Shown piece after piece: positions 51,001 through 58,023 of a stretch of DNA of 64,000 nucleotides. The DNA is taken from the NCBI GenBank assembly GCA_964016885.1, contig OZ024741.1:174902001-174966000 (forward strand), in the 5' to 3' direction. This DNA comes from Eledone cirrhosa (taxonomy: Eukaryota). The position numbers and the translations under genes are program-made. The notes under the pieces were generated by a model that worked only from the letters and a program-made list of their open reading frames with translations, searched no databases and was not told where the DNA came from. Position 1 is the first letter of the stretch. Each line of letters begins with the position of its first letter.

Positions 51001-51266
51001 GGTTGGATGATTCCTTTTCCAATACATTACCCCTGTACTTGTTGTGTACCTTAAGCATTACATGTTCATACAATTTTCTCTCTTGCACACTACAACTGAT
51101 TCTTTTTAGTTCATCCATGCACATCCAATGAAGCATGCCTGCTTAAGTGTTACATTAAAAACAGAATAGGTTAATACTTTGAATGTTCATCTGCTTATAT
51201 TAGTCATATGATTACAGTATATTCTCTTTTATTTGTAGGTATCTTCTTGGTTCTCCAAGCAGCTGA
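1950..51266 (+). CDS. MMS19: MMS19 homolog (cytosolic iron-sulfur assembly targeting complex scaffold), spliced gene span, 25 coding exons in window, 5' exon missing
   Basis: Manually joined GT-AG exons give one open frame with MMS19 motifs: GFIQAMDGERDPRNL, EEMFEITACYFPIDF, AAKCFAGLINK, IRIMYKQRLF, LDDKKRLVRKQAVKARGEWYLLGSPSS*. Exon phases are consistent throughout. Confidence 0.96.
2330..2812 (-). mobile_element. Decayed RTE-like LINE fragment of a different family
   Basis: LQHVLDRFDAECCLAGMKI..KTETLVFSR..LKQVEKFKYLG on the - strand. Confidence 0.75.
3968..6483 (-). mobile_element. 5'-truncated RTE-clade LINE with uninterrupted RT + PHD + C-terminal ORF (4807-~6483), long 3' UTR and (ATG)n tail
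   Basis: ORF has KGKGD..NYRGI, QFGF, FVDLEKAFDRV, YADD, FRYLG, HGSETW, RRLRWYGHVMR, GRPRKTW; (CAT)n at 3971-3989; both ends abut TA runs. Confidence 0.93.
4073..4639. repeat. 112-bp tandem repeat, 5 near-identical copies, inside the RTE 3' UTR
   Basis: Units start at 4073, 4185, 4297, 4409 and 4521, with a partial unit at 4633. Confidence 0.97.
7560..8490 (+). mobile_element. Decayed R4/Dong-like LINE 3' fragment (CCHC knuckle + restriction-like endonuclease)
   Basis: Frameshifted pieces read LMAAQDQSL, CRICRGGDETINHIISGCP, LWDMPIHTDREIKANQLDIIVKD, KLSKYKDL.IEI, PIIIGALGMI. Confidence 0.8.
11494..11597 (+). CDS. MMS19: MMS19 exon w2 (SALTTSGLSRRADGTKLLCDALHQIPQDLLNFAE)
   Basis: Polypyrimidine-tag acceptor, gtatac donor; phase matches neighbours. 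Confidence 0.85.
12096..12181 (+). CDS. MMS19: MMS19 exon w3 (VKLLCSFLCDRLGDHHSLQPAALHGLAAL)
   Basis: tttacag / gtacgt; RLxDHH motif. Confidence 0.9.
13462..13606 (+). CDS. MMS19: MMS19 exon w4 (SNCCNMPSTLPEKLCRGIFREVQSPTLAQKDRYSVYTIIYNLLVTKLE)
   Basis: tttcag / gtaagt; IFxEV..L.Q.DR..VY motif. Confidence 0.92.
13995..14185. repeat. Degenerate ~52-bp tandem repeat, about 3.5 copies
   Basis: Recurrent agctattcactatagctaa..gatatcacatgccag. Confidence 0.75.
14612..14737 (+). CDS. MMS19: MMS19 exon w5 (ELRKMGDDFVCGFIQAMDGERDPRNLQLAFQCAEMIIRQLSL)
   Basis: AAG acceptor after T/C tract, gtaaga donor; DGE.DPRNL signature. Confidence 0.95.
15486..15547 (+). CDS. MMS19: MMS19 exon w6 (GVYVEEMFEITACYFPIDFQP)
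   Basis: tgtag / gtgagt; CYFPIDF signature. Confidence 0.95.
15720..15965. mobile_element. piggyBac-like MITE family B (about 250 bp, AT-rich, older); copies at about 7200, 10404, 29249, 30048-30453, 43107-43362, 45540-46015, 47178, 55690-55870, 56074-56460
   Basis: TTAA-CCCTTTT..TACCATATTTCTAATGAAA left end and GGTATCAAAAGGG-TTAA right end recur, with a shared internal sequence. Confidence 0.7.
16617..16778 (+). CDS. MMS19: MMS19 exon w7 (PADNPHGVEKEDLVICLRKCLTATPEFAKFVLPLFLDKLSSDVPDSRIDAMQTL)
   Basis: tttcag / gtaagt; conserved PHG..EDL, TP.FA, LPL. Confidence 0.95.
17806..17889 (+). CDS. MMS19: MMS19 exon w8 (SEVAPVYGGEALNNYLSLNVLFSILKNE)
   Basis: tttcag / gtaagc; phase 0-0. Confidence 0.88.
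18470..18800 (+). mobile_element. Highly decayed RTE-like LINE C-terminal fragment
   Basis: Remnants EIKRKQRWIRNTL and TWKPQGQWQRSWPRIIW resemble the RTE W.GH.LR / W.PQG.R.RGRP..TW region. Confidence 0.5.
18909..19093 (-). mobile_element. Young tRNA-SINE with an ~18-bp target-site duplication
   Basis: ttactttgaataaataat at 18891-18908 and 19094-19111. Confidence 0.9.
19786..19968. mobile_element. Tc1/mariner (Tc2/pogo-like) MITE
   Basis: Imperfect TIRs ccgtatatactcaaatataagctga / tcggcttagatttgagcgtatatgg, TA on the right flank; partial related ends near 36070-36143 and 54445-54472. Confidence 0.7.
20352..20438 (+). CDS. MMS19: MMS19 exon w9 (VISGSKEAQEAALNTTQSVVCTLSDQVIE)
   Basis: tgcag / gtaagt; phase 0-0. 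Confidence 0.85.
21528..21727. repeat. Degenerate ~30-bp tandem repeat, about 7 copies
   Basis: Recurrent ggggtttagctgctaa.agttagag. Confidence 0.8.
22095..22143 (+). CDS. MMS19: MMS19 exon w10 (GDNEGPLYALLDYILK)
   Basis: ttccag / gtaact; restores phase 1 for the next exon. Confidence 0.82.
22702..23671 (+). mobile_element. RTE-derived element of about 970 bp (C-terminal ORF2 part + 3' UTR + (ATG)n tail)
   Basis: VDSFCYLG...HGSETW...RRLRWYGHVMR...GRPKMTW open frame; 30-bp tandem duplication at the 5' end. Confidence 0.92.
23750..23962. mobile_element. Unclassified MITE-like element between (TA)n runs
   Basis: Perfect 22-bp inverted core at 23771-23792 / 23919-23940 within longer imperfect TIRs. 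Confidence 0.65.
24154..24302 (+). CDS. MMS19: MMS19 exon w11 (VCRLNCQQEDQFVNHTRLLHSAARSSKIAALYILQQKLPELLEMNEKVCQ)
   Basis: tttcag / gttagc; open and phase-compatible. Confidence 0.85.
25442..25520 (+). CDS. MMS19: MMS19 exon w12 (SNWKVLILRCIHGFLEATKSLRNLYN)
   Basis: tgacag / gtaagt. Confidence 0.82.
25654..25856. mobile_element. piggyBac-like MITE family A (about 200-220 bp); copies also at about 2965-3360 (two abutting), 12339-12557, 16943-17144, 32425-32608
   Basis: Termini CCCTTTAGCATTTA...TAAATGCTAAAGGG, flanked by TTAA in several copies. Confidence 0.8.
26390..28392 (+). mobile_element. Decayed RTE-clade LINE (frameshifts and stops) with short 3' end
   Basis: Fragments TWWWN, GKAAGPSG, NYRGIKL, QFGF, LLYADD, Cys-rich finger, FRYLG, RRLRWYGHVMR. 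Confidence 0.92.
28954..29161 (+). CDS. MMS19: MMS19 exon w13 (EETLLIQHLDQIFAMLTSCLNNSSVPLCLMSVKCLSLL...KDETL)
   Basis: ctgcag / gtaaga; 208 nt, phase 1-2. Confidence 0.85.
29925..30022 (+). CDS. MMS19: MMS19 exon w14 (RSQCMAMLSEMALKSPEVIHQNVFSRVFQTFKN)
   Basis: taccag / gtaagt; phase 2-1. Confidence 0.85.
31426..31569 (+). CDS. MMS19: MMS19 exon w15 (GSGDNTSKHNHQLTIPSALEICSSICMQPSITKIVLPEIWLWLENLVK)
   Basis: tttcag / gtaaga; phase 1-1. Confidence 0.85.
33629..33881 (+). CDS. MMS19: MMS19 exon w16 (GDTNRTSSVSNLFHVGMESLL...ILREISTKLDK)
   Basis: ttgtag / gtaaaa; 253 nt, phase 1-2. Confidence 0.82.
35590..35695 (+). CDS. MMS19: MMS19 exon w17 (RKGEELSEQMIRLFFHEDLSVFDISASMNMKFCPLK)
   Basis: ttgtag / gtacag; phase 2-0. 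Confidence 0.85.
37361..37432 (+). CDS. MMS19: MMS19 exon w18 (PTTSIKQTRLIRFLMAVICSLIPE)
   Basis: tttcag / gtaagg; Q.RL..LMA..CSL motif. Confidence 0.9.
38569..38695 (+). CDS. MMS19: MMS19 exon w19 (VTIDNLEHLLEQLADLALQSKDHITRTVAAKCFAGLINKHGQ)
   Basis: tttcag / gtaaat; AAKCFAGL.NK signature. Confidence 0.93.
39013..39185 (+). CDS. MMS19: MMS19 exon w20 (SPGKECLDCLQEQLKNK...ALHLWLWITKALLICAHSQANNSVDL)
   Basis: ttctag / gtaagt; W.TKAL motif. Confidence 0.92.
40483..40669 (+). CDS. MMS19: MMS19 exon w21 (VFNLLSDPELGEAAAEGVFVILNEYKDVLSQPQHANIRIMYKQRLFVENVQHLSKSFHEVKS)
   Basis: ttttag / gtgagc; LLSDPELG.AAA.G and HA..RIM..QR.F motifs. Confidence 0.95.
42231..42313 (+). CDS. MMS19: MMS19 exon w22 (ELKKNYLIAVSHLLTFLPHQVLVSKLPP)
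   Basis: tttcag / gtaagt; K.NYL...SH.L..LP..VL motif. Confidence 0.92.
44015..45087 (+). repeat. 40-48-bp minisatellite (about 22 units, mostly 44 bp) derived from the MMS19 exon w23 acceptor and exon head
   Basis: Unit ttgg(c/t)accaatgtttgatgataacaaactct(c/g)tctttctac(caa/tag); the last unit runs into the real exon. Confidence 0.95.
45038..45205 (+). CDS. MMS19: MMS19 exon w23 (LVPMLVLALMFDDNKLQMSTMTTMKTVLDESPNLLAQHVNLVVPKLIKLSETNASM)
   Basis: ctactag / gtaatt; the only acceptor in the repeat array that I could join in frame to exon w24. Confidence 0.88.
46337..46522 (-). mobile_element. Young tRNA-SINE with a 17-bp target-site duplication, nested in an older SINE
   Basis: gatctgcaacaaatact at 46320-46336 and 46523-46539. 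Confidence 0.9.
46907..47067 (+). CDS. MMS19: MMS19 exon w24 (KVRIAALECLENLTQLPTTTLLPYRREVIRALGPVLDDKKRLVRKQAVKARGE)
   Basis: cctcag / gtaggt; LDDKKRLVRK.AV.AR signature. Confidence 0.97.
48488..49316 (+). mobile_element. Decayed RTE LINE 3' fragment including the PHD-like finger
   Basis: CSICRKGVG..CTQC..VHKRC..YRCTR, VDSFCYLG, RLERNE. Confidence 0.88.
49726..50695 (-). mobile_element. Second copy of the same ~970-bp RTE derivative, inverted, with small indels
   Basis: Co-linear with 22702-23671 from the duplicated 5' 30-mer to the tail. Confidence 0.92.
51239..51266 (+). CDS. MMS19: MMS19 last coding exon (WYLLGSPSS*)
   Basis: ttgtag acceptor, TGA at 51264-51266; resembles the vertebrate C-terminus WFLLGSPGS. 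Confidence 0.92.
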
Positions 51267-51399
51267 GAAAAATGATGAACATTATACTTCCTCAAATATC
51301 AATGTTGAGATAGCATTCCAAAAAATCTTCTTTAAATGGGCGTCTGAAAAATACCAGTTGCCCATTTGAAAGGCAGTGAATTTTTTTTTTAAATCAGAA

Positions 51400-51405
51400 A
51401 ATAAA
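51400..51405 (+). promoter_or_regulatory. Candidate polyadenylation signal of MMS19
   Basis: AATAAA about 135 nt after the stop, followed by T-rich sequence; further AATAAA at 51582 and 51691. Confidence 0.45.
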
Positions 51406-52590
51406 TTTCTACCCTTCTGCTAAAATTTTATGGGAAGCCATATTTTTTTTGTAAATGCTTTAATAATGTGTTTCTCTTTGACTGAGGGTTTTTGTTGAAG
51501 TTTGCCTTATTTGGCTTGGATTGATTAAACAATGGGCCTTTATTTTTGTATTCTTCTACCTTGACTTTAAAATCAACTAAGAATAAAAGAATAAGAAGAA
51601 ATTGAAGAAAGTTCTGAGAATACAAGTTATCTTATTTTATATTTCTTTTGTCTTACTATTTCTCCCACCCAATTTTTGGTATTAATTAAAAATAAAATTT
51701 GTTTAACCCATCTTGGAAGACAGTAGCTCTGATTAGGTACTGACCTGGTCCTTAACATTCTGTCTAATCCATGCCAACATGGAAAATGGCCATAAAATGA
51801 TGAATTTACATACCCCAGTAAAAGGGTATCAGTCATTGGACTGAGGTCATTCTGTGATACCATCTTTAAGGGATTAGTCAATCATGTTGGCTAACAGTTC
51901 ATATTTCAATCTGGTATATATTTTCTCAATCTTTATTTGTTGAACTTTTAAGTTATGGGACAACACTGTTTCAATCCAAAATTCTACCAATAAATCTATT
52001 AGTTTCCAAGGTGCAATACAGTGGGACTTAACCCAGAACTATATGGTTGCAATGTGAACTGAACCCCATAGCCACACATACACTTGGAATGCAAAAGCAC
52101 CAGTGGGTGGATGGAAGTAAATCTTTTTCCACATTCTCCTTTTTTTGGTCCCTTTTGCTTCCCCATGGAACATTGGGTGGCGAGAGATCTCCATTCTGTA
52201 TGGATACAACCCTTGGCATTTGTCTTCTCCCAGGTACCTGAACATTGTTTCTATAGCAGTTTTGATTAACGGAGGTAAGGTTGCTAGCTAGCTTCACACC
52301 TTTCTTAACAGAGGCCAAAACTAAACTAACGTTTCAACGACATGAGGGCTGGGTGCCTTTCAGGTATTGTCAACTGGAACTCAAATCAATATTTTCTAAG
52401 GACCATTAGGTGACACTGTCCAATATTGAAATAACCTTTCTTTAAATCGTTTCACTCTACTTTCCAAGAGACAGACAACTAAAGTACCATGTAGCTTCCA
52501 AAAATAACATACATACATGAATGTAGATAGACATGTTCTTGAAAGAAATGGTTAACAGTGCATGAACAATTCCAGGAGTGTAAGGTATAA

Positions 52591-52596
52591 TTTATT
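52591..52596 (-). promoter_or_regulatory. Candidate polyadenylation signal of PGAM
   Basis: AATAAA on - strand about 160 nt after the stop; more distal ones at 51932 and 51539. Confidence 0.4.
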
Positions 52597-52756
52597 CCTA
52601 GTAAATATAGGAAAACAATGAAATAAATACAATACAGTAATTGGTAGGTCTTTTAACAACTACCATTTAATATTTAAATCAGGTAAATAATCAAGGAGAA
52701 CATGGTTGTTTTCTTGCTTTTGTAAAGAAAAAAAACATTTAGTAAGTGTTCAGCTT

Positions 52757-52878
52757 TTACTTGGCTTTTCCTTGGGAAGCCACCTTATCTATAGCAGCTT
52801 TTACTGCAGCCTCATCAGCCAAATAGTAGTGTTTAATGGGGTTCATCTCTTTATCCAGTTCATAGACAAGTGGAATAC
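52757..52878 (-). CDS. PGAM: PGAM last coding exon ([40 protein letters not shown])
   Basis: ttgcag acceptor on - strand, TAA at 52757-52759. Confidence 0.96.
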
Positions 52879-55800
52879 CTGCAAGAAACAACATTAAGAC
52901 ATTAAATGTTCATTCCTGTATGATATAGTCTCAAAGTAAACAAGTGGAAAAAAAAAAATGGAATTTACAGCTTGATTTTTTTTATATTTTTTTGTGTTTT
53001 AATGAAAAGCAACATGAATTGAAGCAGCTTGCTCAAGAATACAATGAGCTGCTGGGTCCAAGACTCAAACCCTTTGGTTACAATATTTCTAACGATTTTC
53101 AGATAATCTAGTATTTAGAGGTGGTGATGCATGTATGAGTTATATAAAAATGATTTTAAAAAAAAAAAAAAAAAAAAAAAATGTTTTCTTTACAAGACAT
53201 GATGTTGAGATTATAACAATTTCTAACCAGAAGTAGACTGGGTCTTATAATTGGTCTGGATATCCAAGTGACATTGACTAACAGACTGCTGAGAAGCAAA
53301 GGCAGGTTTTCACTACTCAGCTCAGGTGTGTTCTATCTTTGTGCAGTGGTTATGGCTAATGTTTTATGACATTTTTTCAGCTTTTTTAAAATCCAGTTTA
53401 GTGGTCTACCAAGCATTGCCCTGTTTCTAACATTGATAAAAGTACAAGACTACCCACATTTGGACTGTTTAATTAGAAAGGGAAGGGCTATGGTACTTCA
53501 GGGTTTACATGATTGGAGAGAGAGAGAAGATCAGAAACCTATACTCTGAATGCTTGCAACAGAGTGGGCCCTGTTAACATTTAGCATGCTGAATTCTTTT
53601 TTTTTTAATTGCTTCCCTTGACATTGCATTCAGGGGAGAGTACTCTATTGGCAACATAATAGGCCAGGTGATGGAGTTAAACCTGATAACTGATTAAATC
53701 TATCACCCAAGATTACATAATTGATTGAATATGACACTACATTTATCTATGACTGCTCTCACCCCAGTTACTGGTGTAGTAGTTGTATAGCTCTGCTGAA
53801 AACAAAAGCAACAACACTACAATTGAATGTTTCAACACATTGTTGCAATAACAGTTAACATCCTCATACATATAACCTCATAAGCAAGTTGACATTTCTA
53901 ACCTCTCATAAGCAAATTGACATTTTTATCAAGAAAGGTGGCACATGACCTCATACCTCACCCTTTATAAAACCCACGATTTTTGCTAACTTCAAAGTTC
54001 TGCCTAAATGAGGTGTTAAATTATTTTCACTGTGGAGGTGAACATTACACCAGTTTTACTTTATTATTTTTTTGCTTTGAATGACTGGCTTTCAAAGCGG
54101 TTGGAAATTGGTTAAAAAATCTTTACATAATGGAGTTGTGAAACAAAAACTATACTCTAAACCAGGCATGTCAACCATGCAGCCTACACAAAGGTTTTTA
54201 CAGTGCTAGCATTTTTTATCTTCGTAATATAAAATTTAAAAAATTAGTTGTAATGTGGCCCTCAAAGGACCCCCAGTTAGACATGCCTTCTCTAAACGAC
54301 ATTTAAAACATCAAAATATTAAAACTTCATGAATATATTCACCACTCATGAGAATTTCAAAACTGCACCAATTAAACGTGTTGACAACCTGCTGTGGCTT
54401 ATAAACAGGGTTTGGATTTTTGCCTATTTCTCAGACATAAAATAGGTGTGATTATATTCGAGTATATACAGTAGATAGACATAAAATTTGTAGTGCTCCT
54501 GGGTACAGTACTTCCAGAGCTATCACCTTCAACCATCTTTGATACAGGTTTAATTCTGGTTTGTTTGTAGTACTCCTGAACATAGCATTTCCAGAGCTAT
54601 TTCCTTCAATCATCTTAGACATGTTTGATTTCTGTTTGAAGAAATTTCTATTGTTTGCTGTTAGCAGACTGCAATAATTGGTTTTAGACCAATGAATATA
54701 TTCATTACGTGTAGGTCATAGTGACCCAATAACCTATTTATTAGAGAGAAACTAATCTAGATATATGTTGATTAGGTATACTTTGAGAAGACCAAAGTAT
54801 GTCACTGGCTACTGAATCATTATTACCATTTAATGTTTACTTTCCATGCTTACATGGGTTAGATAGGCTGTCATGTTATGAGGCTAGGTGGGTCAAGTGA
54901 TCACGTCGTGCTCATACAACCCAGTATTGAATTGGGCTCTTTTTTTTGTTGTGGCACCTGAGGGTTGGCTGGGTGTTTTTTGTCGTGGCACCAGCATGAC
55001 GACATTACAGAGTAGGTTGCGTCCTTTTTGTCATAGCACCACTACTACCACCTTACATGGTGGACTGGGTGTTTTTTTTGTTGTGACACCAGCATGACCA
55101 TGTTAGAGGGTAAACTAATAGTGCACTATCATGGAGGAGGTTTATGAGAAACAATTTCCCAAATTAACGAGGGTCTAACTGAAGGTAACATTTAGTAGAG
55201 CTCCAAACCATGCCATAGTGAAATGGATTGGTAAGTGCTTGGTCTAAAGATTAGAATGCTGGACTCACAATTATATGGTTGTGGATTTAGTTCCTGAATT
55301 GAACAGTATGCTGTGTTCTTGAGCATGACACTTCTTTCCATGATAAATCTGGAGTCCCTATCTTTAAAACACTCGCCAAAAATCCATGAAATACTCTCAT
55401 AGAAGATCAGCTTAACCCACTTAGGTGTAGCTGTTACAACAACATAGGAGGACTGGTACCCCTATCATTAAAACACCCGAGAACTTGAGGTGCACCCCCA
55501 TAGGAAGCCTGTGAAACCTACATATATGTGAGCTGTAAATTTTATTTTTTCATTTCATCTCACGAGATCTACCCCTTATAGAAAAGTATATTGAAGATTA
55601 ACAGCAACCTATTATACAGCAGGATTTTAACTGCTAACATAACAATGTAGTGACACCAGATCTAAATCTAATTTCAATAACTAACATTAACTATACATTT
55701 TTAAGTGTTTCTATTTATCTAATTACCTTCTATCATAGTTTTATGTTAGAACCCTGTGTTAATACATGTTCTAAACAACAACTTAATAATGAAGTTATAT

Positions 55801-57961
55801 TAATAAACTCTGCAAATTAATACAAAAATCATAGGCAGTGTTTTTCATGAAAAATATGGTAATGAAAGGATTAAGGAAGTTGTGTTAAAGAATTATAAAA
55901 ATACCCTATCACTTTTACTTCCTTCAGCTCAGTCATTGTTGATCTACTTCAAGATGATGCTCTATCATCTAGGTTTGCTTTAGGTCTACCTGTCCATACA
56001 GGCCAATTGAATTGTATGGCACGGAATATGAATTTAGAACAGAAAGAACTCAAACATACTGGATAGCTTTTAAACCTTTTGTTACCATATTTCTAAGAAA
56101 AGGCATTGCCTATGATTTTCAATTGATTTTGGAAAATAATGAGGAATATAGAGGGACTTAGTAACAACTAATTTTCTCATTATGAAGATGGTGTTTGGAA
56201 CATAAAGGTTCTTACATAAAATTATGGTGTAGGTTTATTAGATAATACAAAAACATTAACTGTTTTCTTATATTTCTAAAGAAAAGCACTGTCAATGGTT
56301 TTCAAAACAAGAATTTTGAGGGATTTATTATCTTTCTCATTATTAAGTTGGTGTTTGATACATGACTTAACAAAGATTTTTATATAGATATAAACATTCT
56401 AAAAAAAAATAGTTTTGTATCATAGAACCAGGGGTAGTTTTAGGTGGTTTGGAAGGTTTAACCTGATGTTCTAACAACTGATAGAATGCTTTGTGGTATT
56501 CATTCCGACTCTGCTTTCTGAGTTCAGATCCTGTGAAGGTCATCTTTGCTTTTTATCTTTTCAAGGTTGATAAAAAAAAGTACCAGTCCTGTACTGGGGT
56601 CAATTCTTTCTCTATATCTCTTCCTCACTTCTCTATCATTCCTCCTATGGAAGAAATCGGTTGTGTTGAGACCAGGAGAGGGATTGGTTCTATCAGGTTT
56701 AAGTGCCCAAGACATGCCATATGTTAAGACAGTGCCCCTATGACTCCTTCTAGAGTTATACATACATACTAACATACATACATACATACTAACAACTCTG
56801 CCAATTCACCATATTATATGAAATCAGATGCATGGACATATAACAATAAGTAAAAAAAAGGCTGCAGAATATAGTATACCTGTTGGAATATTAAGACCAA
56901 GAATGGCCTCTTCTGACATCTTGTCAAGATATTTCACCAAAGCACGAAGACTGTTTCCATGAGCAGCAATGATTGGTTTCTTACCACTCTAAATTTAAAA
57001 AAATGGATTTTATTAGACGATTACAGCAATGCAAATGGGACGAAGGTATTGGAATTGTTTAAATACTCCTTTATCAAAAGAAGAGTTAAAGAAACGAATT
57101 TTACCAACATTTTCATAATGAAGCATTTTTTTTACAAGAGAAAATATAAATAAAGGGAATATACAGGAGAGAAAAATGGGAATTTTAGAAACTGTTTAAC
57201 TAATAATCTATATAGTCTGCCCCAGCATGGCCTCAGCTGGAACAGGTACAAGAGTAAAAGAATAAAAGAGTCTTATATTTTGTTAATATATTATCAATTT
57301 ATACTTCACGTGGTGTTTAGCCCAAGATTAGCCTCAAAGCAGCAAATCTTTGATTAGAAACATTCTTGCCATGATCAAGACATCATATTCAGGATTATTA
57401 TCCAATGTGTCTGCCCATTAACAGTTTTTAGATTTACATGTGATATGAGTGAGATTTGGCTGCCTTTTCTAAAAGATTGAGTGACCCATATAGAGGTTCC
57501 TTCCTTGGTTTATATACCACAAATAAAATTGAAATTCTAAAGATTATATAGGTGCAGGCATGTCTGTGATGTAAAGGAGATTGCTTTGCAATCACATGGT
57601 TCTGGGTTCCGCCCCACTGTGCAACTCCATGGGCAAGTGTCTTCTATAGTCTCAGGTTGACCAACACCATCATCATCATTTAATTTTTATTCTCTCTGTT
57701 AGCAAGGATTGTGAGTGGAACTTGGTAGATGGAACCAGCAGAAGGCTGACAGATATATATATAACGAAGGAAGTGTGGTAAGGAACCAGATGGACCATAA
57801 TGCACCAGAATACTTGATACTTTAGGTAGTAGAGTGGGTAATAGGAAAAGAGTCAGAACCCCAACAGCACAGCTCAAGCCGTTTCGACAGCTATTCCTAG
57901 ACGCGTCCAGAAATAGCTGTCGAAATGTCTTGAGCTCTGCCGTCGGGGTTCTGACTATTTT

Positions 57962-58023
<62 letters not shown>

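Noticed and set aside
52028-52318. Possible additional exon on the - strand (YLGEDKCQGLYPYRMEISRHPMFHG...)
   Set aside because: It lies downstream of the PGAM stop and has no recognisable homology. Part of it resembles a dispersed repeat also seen at about 45345-45385.
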